Shown: positions 52,581 through 62,860, counted from the stretch's first letter. The stretch: DNA of 64,000 nt from an uncultured Gemmataceae bacterium (GCA_963750165.1 CAVVPN010000003.1:3495877-3559876); one strand, 5' to 3'. The notes: generated by a model from the sequence alone, not told the origin. A program made the numbers and translations.

Positions 52581-53213
52581 ATGGGTTGGCTGGAAGGTCG
52601 GTTCGAGGAAGGCTTCCTCACAACATCGCTGGAGCAGGCGATCAACTGGGCGCGTGAGTCGAGCATGTGGCCGATGACGTTCGGCCTGGCGTGCTGCGCC
52701 ATCGAGATGATGGCGAGCGGCGCGTCGCGCTACGACATGGACCGTTTCGGGGCGGGCGCCTTTCGGGCGACGCCGCGGCAGGCGGATCTGATGATCGTGG
52801 CCGGCACGGTGAACTACAAGATGGCGAGTCGCGTGCGGCGGCTGTACAACCAGATGCCGGACCCGAAATTCGTGATCGCGATGGGCGCCTGCACCTGCGG
52901 CGGCGGCCCGTATTACAAGTACGGCTACAACGTCGTCAAGGGCGTCGATCTGGTGGTGCCGGTGGACGTGTACGTGCCGGGCTGCCCACCGCGGCCGGAG
53001 GCGCTGCTGGAGGGCCTGATGCGCATCCAGGACAAGGTGCGCGGCATGAAGGATTTGACGAAGGACCAGCCGATTGAGGTGCCGATCGCGTCGCGCACCG
53101 GCTACGTGCAGCTGCCACCCGAACTGAGCGACTCCGACCCCGTCAAGGCGATGGAGAAACAGAACGCCTTCGCCAAGCGTACCAAGGAACTGGCTGCACC
53201 CGCGAAAGGATAG
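52581..53213 (+). CDS. nuoB: NADH-quinone oxidoreductase subunit B
   Basis: [34 protein letters not shown] ribosome-binding site. Confidence 0.96.
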   Translation: MGWLEGRFEEGFLTTSLEQAINWARESSMWPMTFGLACCAIEMMASGASRYDMDRFGAGAFRATPRQADLMIVAGTVNYKMASRVRRLYNQMPDPKFVIAMGACTCGGGPYYKYGYNVVKGVDLVVPVDVYVPGCPPRPEALLEGLMRIQDKVRGMKDLTKDQPIEVPIASRTGYVQLPPELSDSDPVKAMEKQNAFAKRTKELAAPAKG

Positions 53214-53310
53214 TCATCAGTCATTCGTCACCCGAGCAGCGGCCCGGGTTGGCCAAGGACTGACGACTAATGACTAATGACTAATGACTAATGACTAATG
53301 ACTAATGACT
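53211..53310. repeat. Heptamer tandem repeat element (GACTAAT)n
   Basis: Six exact GACTAAT units at 53265-53306, with degenerate inverted copies at 53211-53230. Confidence 0.85.
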
Positions 53311-53835
53311 ACAAACGACATCATCGCCACCCTGGAACGCAAGTTCGGGGAGCGCATTAAATCCAAGAAACTCGACGTGCAGGATCCGTTCGTCGTCGTC
53401 GATGCCGGCGACCTCATGGAGGTGTGCCGGTATCTGTCCGATGAGCCGAGCCTGCGCTTCGAGCTGCTGAACTGCATCAGCGGCGTCGATTACCTGGAGC
53501 CGGACCCGAAGAAGGCGCCCAAGGCCGGCTTCGATCCGCACACCGAGGTCGTCTACCATTTCCAGAGCTTCACGCACCGCCACCGCTTCGTGCTCAAGGT
53601 GCTGCTGCCGCGCTGGAAGGACGACAAGCCCGGTGAGCTGCCCGAGGTGCCGTCCGTCACGTCCATCTGGCCCGGCGCCGACTGGCACGAGCGCGAGGTC
53701 TACGACCTGTCCGGCATCTGGTTCACGGGACACCCCGACCTGCGCCGCATTTTGTTGTCGGAAGATTGGGTCGGGCATCCGCTCCGCAAAGATTACGAGT
53801 TCCCCCTGGAATACCACGGCATCCGCGGCCGTTGA
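53305..53835 (+). CDS. nuoC: NADH-quinone oxidoreductase subunit C
   Basis: [28 protein letters not shown]...GHPLRKDY. Confidence 0.95.
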   Translation: MTTNDIIATLERKFGERIKSKKLDVQDPFVVVDAGDLMEVCRYLSDEPSLRFELLNCISGVDYLEPDPKKAPKAGFDPHTEVVYHFQSFTHRHRFVLKVLLPRWKDDKPGELPEVPSVTSIWPGADWHEREVYDLSGIWFTGHPDLRRILLSEDWVGHPLRKDYEFPLEYHGIRGR

Positions 53836-53844
53836 GGTTCATTC

Positions 53845-55079
53845 ATGGCTACCGCGACCCCTCCCGCCCAGGACCAGACCGTCGTCGAGTTCGATGTGCG
53901 CACCGACGAGATGTTGGTGAACATGGGCCCACAGCACCCAAGCACGCACGGCGTCTTGCGGCTGGTGCTGCGCACCGATGGCGAGATCATTTCCGAGGTG
54001 GAACCGCACCTGGGCTACCTGCACCGCTGCGCCGAGAAGATCGGCGAGAACGTGACGCCGATTCAGTTCATCCCGTACACCGACCGCATGGACTACCTCG
54101 CGGCGATGAACATGAACCTCGGCTACTCGATGGCGGTCGAGAAGCTGTGCGGCATGAAGCTCCCCGAAAAGGCCCAGGTCATCCGCGTCCTCATTTGCGA
54201 GTTGGGCCGCATCGCCAGCCACCTGGTCGGCATGGGCGCCTACGGCCTCGACCTGGGCACGTTCAGCCCGTTCCTGTACGCCTTCCGCGAGCGCGAAATG
54301 ATCCTCGACCTGTTCGAGGAGGTGTGCGGCGCCCGCCTGACGTACAGCTACATCACCATCGGCGGCGCCCACGACGACCTGCCCGAAGGCTGGACGACGC
54401 GCTGCCAGCAGTTTCTCGACTACCTGAAGCCGCGCATCCCCGAGTATCACGCGCTGCTGACGACCAACGCCATCTTCGTGCAGCGCACGGCGAACATCGG
54501 CGTCATGAGCAAGGAGGTGGCGCTGGGCTACGGGTGCAGCGGCCCGATGCTGCGCGGCTCGCTCAACCGCGACCGGGGCGACCCGGCCTGGGATCTGCGC
54601 AAGACGGAGCCGTATTGCGGCTACGAAACCTACGACTTCAAGGCAGTGGTGCCGCCGTTCACGGACGCCAACTACGACGACCAGGAATACGGGACGAGGC
54701 CGCGGACGCCGCACGGAGCAGTGATCGGCGACTGCTGGCACCGCTTCTTCGTGCGTATGCTCGAGGTCGTCGAGAGCATGAAGATCTGCGAACAGGCGCT
54801 GAAGCGCTACCCGGCGGCGCAGGGGCGCACCGCATCGAGCCGCCGCGTCACCTGTCGCCGGGCGAGGCGTATGTTGAAACGGAAGCCCCGCGCGGCCAGA
54901 TGGGGTTCTACGTCGTCGGCAACAACACCAAGGGTCAGGTGCCGCTGCGCGTGCGGGCGCGGTCGTCGAGTTTCTCGAACCTGAGCGTTACCAACGCCCT
55001 CTGCAGCGGCTGCCTCATCGCCGACGTGCCCGCCATCGTTGGCAGCATTGACATCGTCATGGGCGAAATTGATCGGTGA
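53845..55079 (+). CDS. nuoD: NADH-quinone oxidoreductase subunit D (frameshift near 54823)
   Basis: NMGPQHPSTHGVLRL, GYLHRCAEK, DRMDY; C-terminus EAPRG...SIDIVMGEIDR in the shifted frame. Confidence 0.94.
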
Positions 55080-55193
55080 GGCGAATTGCCACAATAACCT
55101 TGAGAAACAAGGACTTGTGGCGATTCCCAAGAATGAGAAACACGCAGAATAAGGTGCATTTAAGGTGCATCGCCGAATCGACATCGTTACATC

Positions 55194-55233
55194 AAGCGGC
55201 CACCCTTCCGACCCTGGAAAGGTGGCCGTTTTT
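55194..55233 (+). terminator. Intrinsic terminator after nuoD
   Basis: GCGGCCACCCTTCC-loop-GGAAAGGTGGCCGT followed by TTTT. Confidence 0.7.
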
Positions 55234-55258
55234 GTCGGAGGCCCAACCGGAGCCGGTC

Positions 55259-55618
55259 AGGGACAAGGTGAACCTCAGCGAGAAATTGGCGCAGTTTGGC
55301 GAGCAGTGGAAGCCGAAGATTGTCGGCGAGTTGAACGGCCAGCAGGTGAAACTGGTCAAGTTCCAGGGGCCGTTCGTCTGGCACCACCACGACCACGAGG
55401 ACGAACTCTTCCTGGTCGTCAAAGGGCGATTTCGGATGGAGTTTCGGGATCGCCACGTCTGGCTGGAGGAGGGCGAGTTCCTGATCGTGCCCCGTGGCGT
55501 CGAACACCGGCCCGTCGCCGAGGAGGAGGCGCACGTCCTACTGTTCGAGCCGGCCTCGACGCTGAACACTGGCAACGTGCAGAACGAGCGGACGGTCGCC
55601 CACCTGGATCGCATCTGA
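55259..55618 (+). CDS. Cupin domain protein
   Basis: DKVNLSEKL, FVWHHHDHEDELF, IVPRGVEHRP; the expected ATG at 55259 reads AGG, and GTG 55268 is the alternative start. Confidence 0.85.
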   Translation, partial: RDKVNLSEKLAQFGEQWKPKIVGELNGQQVKLVKFQGPFVWHHHDHEDELFLVVKGRFRMEFRDRHVWLEEGEFLIVPRGVEHRPVAEEEAHVLLFEPASTLNTGNVQNERTVAHLDRI

Positions 55619-55630
55619 GCGAGGGGTTCG

Positions 55631-56236
55631 ATGGCGAAGCGCAGCGAAAGAACAGAGATTGGCCGTTGCCCGTGGGCGAAGACAGACCTGTATGTGAAGT
55701 ATCACGACGAGGAATGGGGCGTGCCGGTCCATGACGACCGAACCCTGTTCGAGTTTCTGGTACTCGAAGGAGCGCAAGCGGGCCTGAGTTGGGAGACGAT
55801 CCTGAAAAAGCGAGGAAGCTACCGGGACGCCTTCGACCAGTTCGATCCCGCCACCATCGCCAAGTACGGCCAGAAAAAGTGCAAGAGCTTGCTGACGGAT
55901 GCGGGGATCGTCCGCAACCGGCTGAAGATCGAGGCTGCCATTCAGAATGCGAAGCTATTTCTGGCCGTGCAGGACGAATTCGGCACGTTTAGCGAGTACA
56001 TTTGGGGGTTCGTCGGCAACGAGCCGACGCAGAACGTCTGGAAGTCGCACAAGGAAGTTCCCGCCAAGACACCGGAATCGGATGCTATGAGCAAGGACTT
56101 GAAGCGGCGGGGGTTCAAGTTCGTGGGCAGCACCATCTGCTACGCCTTCATGCAGGCCGTGGGTATGGTGAACGATCACTTGGTCGGCTGCTTCCGACAT
56201 GGAGAACTGTCGAAGGGGATCAGGAAGCCGAAATGA
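55631..56236 (+). CDS. tag: DNA-3-methyladenine glycosylase I
   Basis: RCPW...YHDEEWG, LEGAQAGLSW, IVRNRLKI, FKFVG, NDH. Confidence 0.96.
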   Translation: MAKRSERTEIGRCPWAKTDLYVKYHDEEWGVPVHDDRTLFEFLVLEGAQAGLSWETILKKRGSYRDAFDQFDPATIAKYGQKKCKSLLTDAGIVRNRLKIEAAIQNAKLFLAVQDEFGTFSEYIWGFVGNEPTQNVWKSHKEVPAKTPESDAMSKDLKRRGFKFVGSTICYAFMQAVGMVNDHLVGCFRHGELSKGIRKPK

Positions 56237-56508
56237 AGAAGCCGTCCGACGATCCCTGGTTCGTCTACATGCTTCGCTGCGTCGATGGCTCGCTCTACAC
56301 CGGCATCGCCAAGGACGTGAAGCGCCGCTGCCAGCAGCACAACGATGGCAAGGCATCACGATACACCCGCAGCCGTCGCCCAACCAAGCTGGTCTGGCAC
56401 GAGGCCCAGCCAAGTCGGAGTTCTGCCTTGAAGCGTGAGGTAGCGATAAAAGCAATGACAAGGCGAGCAAAGTTGGCGATGATTCGCTTGAGGAGAAAGG
56501 CAGGATGA
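56233..56508 (+). CDS. GIY-YIG nuclease (UPF0213/YhbQ-like)
   Basis: WFVYMLRC.DGSLYTGI...RR...HN.G...YTR...P; ATGA overlap with tag. Confidence 0.9.
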   Translation: MKKPSDDPWFVYMLRCVDGSLYTGIAKDVKRRCQQHNDGKASRYTRSRRPTKLVWHEAQPSRSSALKREVAIKAMTRRAKLAMIRLRRKAG

Positions 56509-57620
56509 TCCCGCTCCACGAAGACCCTTGCTTCACCTTCCGCTTCGCCGACGACCGGCTCATCCCCCGCTTCCACCTGGAGGGCGTCGAGGCCCGGCGG
56601 CGGGTGGAAGTCTTCAAGATCGACCCCGGCACCGGCGAGCGCCTGGGCCTGCTGGCGACCGCCGCCGTTGGTGAGGGCGGTTGGGTGGAACTCCCGGAGC
56701 CGATCATCGTGCAAGCAGGCGATGCCTTCATTGCGGTGCCGGGCCAGAGTTGGGCCACCCCGCCGCTGACACTGCTCGGCGTCGGCGGGCGGTTCGCCGT
56801 CTGCAAGCTGCCGCCCGGCTCTGAGATACCGGGATGGGCAACGGCAGGGGACGTGTTCAGCGTCACCCGCACGGTCGAAGAGTTGTCGGTGGTGTGTCGT
56901 CAGGAAATGGTTCCCTCCGGGACGCTCGCCGAGGTCGGCTGGCGCTGCCTGCGGGTGGCCGGGGCGATGCCGTTCACCCTCGTCGGTGTGCTGGCCTCGC
57001 TCACGAGTCCGGTGGCAGCAGTGGGCGTCGGCGTGTTCGCCGTCTCGACGTTCGATACCGACTACCTGTTCATCAAGGACGCCGAGTTCGAGGCGGCGGT
57101 TGCTGCCTTGAGGCGAGCCGGTCACTCGGTCGAGGGGGTTACAGACGTGACCACCGACAACGGCGTGTGGCTCCGTCCGGTTCAGCCGGGCGACCTGCCC
57201 CGGATGTACGCCATGCAACTCGACCCGGAGGCGAACCGCATGGCGGTCACGATCCCCCGTACCGGAGAGGCGTTCGACTCGCATTGGGCGAAGGCGCTGG
57301 CCGATCCGGGGAATACCACTAAGGCCGTCCTCGTCGGCGAGGCGATGGTTGGGTACATCTCCTGCTTCCCGATGGACGGTCAGGATCACGTCGGGTACTG
57401 GATCGACCGGGCGTATTGGCGCATGGGCATCGCCAGTCGGGCGCTCCACCTACTGCTGCGGGAAGTCACGAAGCGTCCTCTGGTCGCCACCGCCGCCACC
57501 AGCAACGGGGCGTCCCTGCGGGTACTCCAGAAGTGCGGATTCGTCATCGAGGAAGTCCGCCTCTCGCCCGCCAGCGAGCGATACCCGGAGTGCGAGGAAG
57601 CCGTTCTCGTGCTGCGATAA
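56505..57620 (+). CDS. Apparent fusion: small beta domain + ACT (CASTOR-like) + GNAT acetyltransferase
   Basis: SVTRTVEELSVVC...GVLA...VSTFDTDYL (ACT); HVGYWIDRAYWRMGIAS...NGASLRVLQKCGF (RimJ-type GNAT). Confidence 0.75.
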   Translation: MIPLHEDPCFTFRFADDRLIPRFHLEGVEARRRVEVFKIDPGTGERLGLLATAAVGEGGWVELPEPIIVQAGDAFIAVPGQSWATPPLTLLGVGGRFAVCKLPPGSEIPGWATAGDVFSVTRTVEELSVVCRQEMVPSGTLAEVGWRCLRVAGAMPFTLVGVLASLTSPVAAVGVGVFAVSTFDTDYLFIKDAEFEAAVAALRRAGHSVEGVTDVTTDNGVWLRPVQPGDLPRMYAMQLDPEANRMAVTIPRTGEAFDSHWAKALADPGNTTKAVLVGEAMVGYISCFPMDGQDHVGYWIDRAYWRMGIASRALHLLLREVTKRPLVATAATSNGASLRVLQKCGFVIEEVRLSPASERYPECEEAVLVLR

Positions 57621-57720
57621 GCCCCGCTGCCCTCCTGGCGGAATTGCTTCGTCGTCTCGCTGCGGGTCGGAAGACTTCCCTCCGACACGTCACCCAGGAA
57701 GGAGCAGGTTCGGCAAGAAC

Positions 57721-58656
57721 ATGACCAAGCGTAACGTCAGCGACGACCTGTACGATCCACGGAACGGCGATCCGGCGATCCGCACGCAACGCCTGGACCT
57801 GGGCCGCAAGCCGTTCGAGCCGGCCCGCACGAACTACTTCGCCGTCTACCTGGTGGAAGCCGGCTCCGGGGCGTTTTGGGCCGACGCCTCACACTTCGCC
57901 TTCGGCCCCGGCTCCCTCCTGTTCTTCGTCCCGTACCAGCACGTCCGGTTCGTCCCCGACGATCCCGCACACGCCGAGGTCATTCAGTTCCACGCCAACT
58001 TCCTGTGCGTCGAGACGTTCCACGCCGAGGTCGGGTGCAGCGGCGTCCTCTTCAACGACCCTTACGGCGTCCCCGTGGTCACGCTGGACGACCGGGCGAA
58101 GTCGGAAGTGATCGGCCTGATCGAGCGCATCCGGGCGGAACAGGCCGGGCGTGACCTCGCCTACGCTGAGGTCATGCTCGCCCACCTGAAGGTCTTGCTG
58201 ATCCTCGCCACCAGGCTCAAGTCGCCCAGGGCGGCGTGCGGGCCGGGTGCGGACCTGCGGCACCCGCTGCTGGCCGACCTGCGTGACCTGATCGAGCAGA
58301 ACTACCGCACGCTGCATTCGCCCGCCGACTACGCCAAACGGCTACACGTCACGGCGAAGACGCTCGGCAGGACCGTCCGGGAACACCGGGGGACCACGCC
58401 GACTGACCTCATCCGAAACCGCATCCTCATCCACGCCAAGTGGCAACTCCTCCACACGCTGAAGCCGGTCAAGGAGGTCGCACGGGAACTCGGCTTCTCC
58501 GACGAACTGTACTTCAGCCGCCTGTTCAAGAAGGCGACCGGCCACTCCCCGACCTTCTTCCGAGAATTCGAGACGGAAATCCGGGGCGGGAGCAATCTGT
58601 CCATGTCTTCGGGCCATGCGCCCATTCTGCGTACCGCCTCCCCCGCCGATACTTGA
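57721..58656 (+). CDS. AraC-family transcriptional regulator
   Basis: C-terminal VKEVARELGFSDELYFSRLFKK.TG.SP..FR helix-turn-helix. Confidence 0.92.
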   Translation: MTKRNVSDDLYDPRNGDPAIRTQRLDLGRKPFEPARTNYFAVYLVEAGSGAFWADASHFAFGPGSLLFFVPYQHVRFVPDDPAHAEVIQFHANFLCVETFHAEVGCSGVLFNDPYGVPVVTLDDRAKSEVIGLIERIRAEQAGRDLAYAEVMLAHLKVLLILATRLKSPRAACGPGADLRHPLLADLRDLIEQNYRTLHSPADYAKRLHVTAKTLGRTVREHRGTTPTDLIRNRILIHAKWQLLHTLKPVKEVARELGFSDELYFSRLFKKATGHSPTFFREFETEIRGGSNLSMSSGHAPILRTASPADT

Positions 58657-58712
58657 GTCATGACGGCGGGAGAACAGGCGACCCGCCACTCTTGACTCAA
58701 GCGGAGACGAAC

Positions 58713-59338
58713 ATGGGCGTGCTGAAACTGTTTGAACTGGCGTCCCGGATGGACAAGGTGGGCGTGGCCGTGACCAGGGTGGGCCTGATCGTCGTGCTGC
58801 TCTGGATCGGCGGGCTGAAGGCGTTCCGGTACGAGGCGGACGGCATCGTGCCGTTCGTCGCCAACAGCCCGACCATGAGCTTCTTCTACGCCGACCCCGG
58901 CAACTACAAGGCCCACAGGAACCCGGAAGGCGTCTGGTTCCAGAGAACCGCTCGTGGCATGAGGCGAACCGGACCTACGAGTTCGCCTACGGTTTGGGGG
59001 CGGTGATCGTGCTGTACGGGCTGCTGCTCTGCCTGCACCCGTGGCTGCCCCAGGCGGCGGCGGTCGGCAGTTTCCTGGTCTTCGTGATGTCGTTCGTCAC
59101 GCTCTCGTTCCTGGTCACGACCCCGGAGTGCTGGGTTCCGCCGCTCGGAGATGCCCAACACGGCTTCCCGTACTTGAGCGGGGCCGGGAGGCTCGTCATC
59201 AAGGACGCCATCATGATGGGTGCGGCCCTGGTGACGATGGCGGACTCGGCGAAGGCATACCTCCGAAAGCGGGCGGCGACTCACTCATCATCGAGAGTTG
59301 CCATGACCGAGGAACGGCTGACGACAGCCAGCGTGTGA
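58713..59338 (+). CDS. DUF417 / RclC (YkgB)-like inner membrane protein (frameshift near 58933)
   Basis: WIGGLKA..YEADGIVPFVANSP and TLSFL.TTPE.W...GFPYLSGAGRLVIKD. Confidence 0.85.
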
Positions 59339-59354
59339 AACAGAAGGAGCCGTG

Positions 59355-59759
59355 ATGACCTGGATGGAGTGGTACAACTCGCTGGTGAAGCCGTCGTGGA
59401 CGCCGGCCCCGTCCACAATCAGCTTGATCTGGATGATCCTCTACCCGATCATCCTCGTCAGCTTCGGCTTCATTTTCGTCCAGGCGTGTCGTCGGAAAGT
59501 CGGCTGGAAGGTCGCCCTGCCGTTCGCCATCAACCTGGTCGCCAACCTCTTGTTCATGCCGATTTTCGCCGGGCTGCAAAACGTGCCGCTGGCTTGCGTG
59601 GACATCCTGATCGTGTGGGCGACGATCATCTGGTGCGTCGTGGTCGCCTGGCCGGTCTACAGGTGGGTTGCGGTTGCCCAGGTGCCGTATTTCGTGTGGG
59701 TGTCCACCGCCACGGTGATCCAGGTGTCGATCACGGCGATGAATTGGGGGAACCCGTGA
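59355..59759 (+). CDS. tspO: TspO/MBR family tryptophan-rich sensory protein
   Basis: WYNSLVKPSWTP, W.ILY, PYFVWVS.AT. Confidence 0.88.
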   Translation: MTWMEWYNSLVKPSWTPAPSTISLIWMILYPIILVSFGFIFVQACRRKVGWKVALPFAINLVANLLFMPIFAGLQNVPLACVDILIVWATIIWCVVVAWPVYRWVAVAQVPYFVWVSTATVIQVSITAMNWGNP

Positions 59760-60691
59760 TTCGCCTCGGACTCTGTTGCATCTTCCGGGACGAGCCGATC
59801 AAGTTCGCCAAAACGACGGCGACGACCATAGGTTGCATGGATCGGCAAGAAGCCCTGGCGAAGCTGGCCCGGCTCTGCGCCGCCAACGCCGAGGCGCTGC
59901 TGGCCTCGCTACGGTTCTGCGCCGACCACGGCATCGGCTGCTTCCGCATCAACAGCCAGATACTCCCGCTGAAGACGCACCCACAGCACGGCTACGACCT
60001 GGCCGATCTGCCTGGTGCTGACGACATTATCAACCGTTTCAAGGAGAGCCGTAGATTCGCCAAGGGACATAACCTGCGGACCTGTTTTCACCCGGACCAG
60101 TTCGTGGTGCTGAACTCGACTCGCCCGGAAGTCGTCGAGGCATCCCTCCGGGAGATCGAGTACCAGGCCGAGGTCGCCGAGTGGGTGGGTGCCGATGTCA
60201 TCAACATCCACGGCGGCGGCGCTTTCGGCGACAAGGACAAGGCGCTGGCCGACTTCGCCCGCAACCTCAACCGGCATTCGTCGAGGGCCAGAAAACGCCT
60301 GACCGTGGAGAACGACGACAGAATCTACACCCCTGCCGATCTCCTTCCCCTGTGCCGGGCCGAAGGCGTTCCGCTGGTGTACGACGTGCATCATCACCGC
60401 TGCAACCCGGACGATATGAGCGAGGAGGAGGCGACCGGACAAGCCCTCGCCACCTGGGATCGGGAGCCGTTATTCCACATTTCCAGCCCCATCGAAGGCT
60501 GGAAAAGTCCGAAGCCAGAGCGGCATCACGATTTCATCGACGTGAAGGATTTTCCGAAGTGCTGGCACGGTCTTGACCTGACGGTAGAAGTGGAGGCCAA
60601 GGCGAAGGAAGTGGCCGTGTTGAAACTGAAAAAGCACCTTGAGAAACGAGCGAGAACTCGCCGAAACAGGATCGTGCAACAAGGCGACTGA
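59756..60691 (+). CDS. uvsE: UV damage endonuclease
   Basis: GTG start IRLGLCC, FRINS, HPDQF.VLNS, IHGGG, VENDD, YDVHHH, HIS, EAKAKE. Confidence 0.93.
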   Translation: MIRLGLCCIFRDEPIKFAKTTATTIGCMDRQEALAKLARLCAANAEALLASLRFCADHGIGCFRINSQILPLKTHPQHGYDLADLPGADDIINRFKESRRFAKGHNLRTCFHPDQFVVLNSTRPEVVEASLREIEYQAEVAEWVGADVINIHGGGAFGDKDKALADFARNLNRHSSRARKRLTVENDDRIYTPADLLPLCRAEGVPLVYDVHHHRCNPDDMSEEEATGQALATWDREPLFHISSPIEGWKSPKPERHHDFIDVKDFPKCWHGLDLTVEVEAKAKEVAVLKLKKHLEKRARTRRNRIVQQGD

Positions 60692-60700
60692 GCCGGGGGA

Positions 60701-61627
60701 TCATGCTGTCGTGCTGGCAAGCGCTTTCTGGATTGCCTCTCGAATTCCCATCGGCCTGATCGGGAATAGGTCCAGAGCGGTTTTGTCTCGAACGACCGTG
60801 GGGTTCTTCAGCCCCTCGATCAGGTGCCGTCCGACCTCAAAACTAGCGGGCGTCACCAGGGCCAGCCACAGGCTCGACAGGTAAGGCGTCAGCACCGGGA
60901 CCGAGATCAGCCAGCGCCGCATTCCTTTCTGCCGGGCGTATTCCCGGATCATGCCGCCGTAGGTCGTGACATCCGGGCTGCCGATCTCGAAGATGCGGCT
61001 CTCGCTTGGAGGCAAATCCTTCGACGCCAGAAGGTAGGCGAGTACGTCGTCCACGGCGATGGGCTGTGTGGGCGTCGTCAGCCAGCGGGGGCAGAGCATG
61101 ATTGGCAGGCGGTCGGTCAACGACTTGACCAGATCGAAGGACAGGCTGCCCGTGCCGATCACCAGGGAAGCCCGGAACTCGGTGGTTTCCACGCCAGAAT
61201 CCCGAAGAATTTGGCCGACCTCGTGACGGCTGCGCAAGTGCGGGGAAAGTTTCGGGTCGGCGTCGTCGCCCAGGCCACCCAGGTAGATGATGCGCCGCAC
61301 CCCGGCATTCCTTGCGGCCTGGGCAAAATTCGTCGCCGCCTGGCGGTCCTCCTTCTCGAAGTCCTTCGACCCGGACATCAGGTGGACGAGGTAGTAAGCC
61401 ATCTGGACCCCTTGCAACGCTCGGTCGAGAGAAGCCAGGTCCAGAACGTCACCCTGCACAATCTCGGTGCCGGGCTGCACACGAGGCCGCATCTTCTCCG
61501 GGCTGCGGGCCAGGCAGCGCAGCCTCACCCCCTGCTTTTCCAGCAGCGGGATCAGCCGACCGCCGACGTAGCCGCTGCCACCAGTCAGCAGGATCAGAGG
61601 TCGGTTTTCATCGTCCACGTTTGCCAT
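60701..61627 (-). CDS. NAD(P)-binding epimerase/SDR family protein (YbjT N-terminal-like)
   Basis: TGGSGYVGG, YYLVH, YLGGLG, S.HLRSR.EVG, TQPIAVDDV. Confidence 0.88.
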   Translation of the reverse strand: MANVDDENRPLILLTGGSGYVGGRLIPLLEKQGVRLRCLARSPEKMRPRVQPGTEIVQGDVLDLASLDRALQGVQMAYYLVHLMSGSKDFEKEDRQAATNFAQAARNAGVRRIIYLGGLGDDADPKLSPHLRSRHEVGQILRDSGVETTEFRASLVIGTGSLSFDLVKSLTDRLPIMLCPRWLTTPTQPIAVDDVLAYLLASKDLPPSESRIFEIGSPDVTTYGGMIREYARQKGMRRWLISVPVLTPYLSSLWLALVTPASFEVGRHLIEGLKNPTVVRDKTALDLFPIRPMGIREAIQKALASTTA

Positions 61628-61730
61628 CGGTCCTCATTCCACGGGGCGAAAGCCCGTCGTGTTGTGCATTTTACGGCCTGCCGGTTCTAAAAATAGCAGT
61701 GGCGGCTCGGAGGGAGTTCGAGGGGTGTCG

Positions 61731-62312
61731 ATGCTTTTCTTGCGTAGACCAACGGCGGAAACGATCCGGGCATTTCTGGCGGCGCAGGCCAGGCTCGATC
61801 TCACCTACTCGGCGGTGGGCGCAACTGCCACAAGTCCCCCTGCCGGCTACGTCGTGGACCACACCCGCACAAGGCTGGGTACGGGCGAGAAGGTCTTCGC
61901 CGCCGCAAAAGCGGCTCTGGAGCGCTGGCAGCAGTTCGGCCTCGGCTGGCTGGAGGCGAGTCCAGAGGACACGCCCATCAAGGAAGGGCAGGTGGTGGCG
62001 ATCCTGGCCCGTTCCATCGGCCTGTGGTGGCTCAACGCCTGCCGCATCGTGGCCGTGGTGGACGAAGATGGGCCGGTGAAGCGCTTCGGTTTCGCCTACG
62101 GCACGCTGCCGGACCATGCGGGGAGCGGGGAGGAGCGGTTCCTGGTCGAGTGGGACCGAGCAGACGACAGCGTGTGGTACGACATCCTGGCCTTTTCCCA
62201 ACCTCGACATTTCCTGGCACGGATCGGCTACCCGTGGGTGCGACGGACACAAAAGAAGTTCGGTCGAGAGTCGGCGGCGGTCATGCGCCGGGCGGTAAGT
62301 GCGGTGGTTTGA
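61731..62312 (+). CDS. DUF1990 family protein
   Basis: LTYSAVGAT...LGTG...F..A...L..W, CRIV, GFAYGTLPDH...GEERF, AFS.P. Confidence 0.88.
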   Translation: MLFLRRPTAETIRAFLAAQARLDLTYSAVGATATSPPAGYVVDHTRTRLGTGEKVFAAAKAALERWQQFGLGWLEASPEDTPIKEGQVVAILARSIGLWWLNACRIVAVVDEDGPVKRFGFAYGTLPDHAGSGEERFLVEWDRADDSVWYDILAFSQPRHFLARIGYPWVRRTQKKFGRESAAVMRRAVSAVV

Positions 62313-62323
62313 CCGTGCGGCGC

Positions 62324-62842
62324 TCAAGGCACTGTCATCGCCGCCCGTTTCTCGGCCACAAAACGAAGGTGATGGCGCAGGTGGTTAATGGCGTGCAGGA
62401 GCAGTTGACGCAGCGTCACCAACCCGGTTTCGCTGTGGACGGCGGTGCGTTGCCAGACATCGGGGGCGACCAGCCTGAGCGTGCGGGCCACCTGTCGCCT
62501 GGTGACGGCCACCAGGTCGAGTTCCAGTTCCAGGTCGTGTTCCTGGTAGCGCAGCGGCTCCGGGTAGCGGGAACCATTGGCACCGAGCAAAAGCGGTCGA
62601 TCCATCGCCACGGTGCGTTTCATGCGGTCGGCGAAGAACTGCTCGCAGTCGGCGACGTGACAGACCACTTCGAGCGTACTCCACTTGCCGGCGACCGGGC
62701 GTGAGCGCAGTTGCTCGACCGTCATGCCGGCGACGGCGAGGCGCAGTTCCTCGACGCCTCGCTCGTAGGCCGAGATCAGGTCGGCGGGGGTGAGGGCGGG
62801 GTCGTCCCGCTGGGCGTCGGCGACCGTCGTTGGCGCTGGCAT
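62324..62842 (-). CDS. DinB/YfiT-family protein
   Basis: GKWSTLEVVCHVAD and H...HL metal-binding histidines. Confidence 0.88.
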   Translation of the reverse strand: MPAPTTVADAQRDDPALTPADLISAYERGVEELRLAVAGMTVEQLRSRPVAGKWSTLEVVCHVADCEQFFADRMKRTVAMDRPLLLGANGSRYPEPLRYQEHDLELELDLVAVTRRQVARTLRLVAPDVWQRTAVHSETGLVTLRQLLLHAINHLRHHLRFVAEKRAAMTVP

Positions 62843-62860
62843 AGCCTGGGCCTCCAGGGT

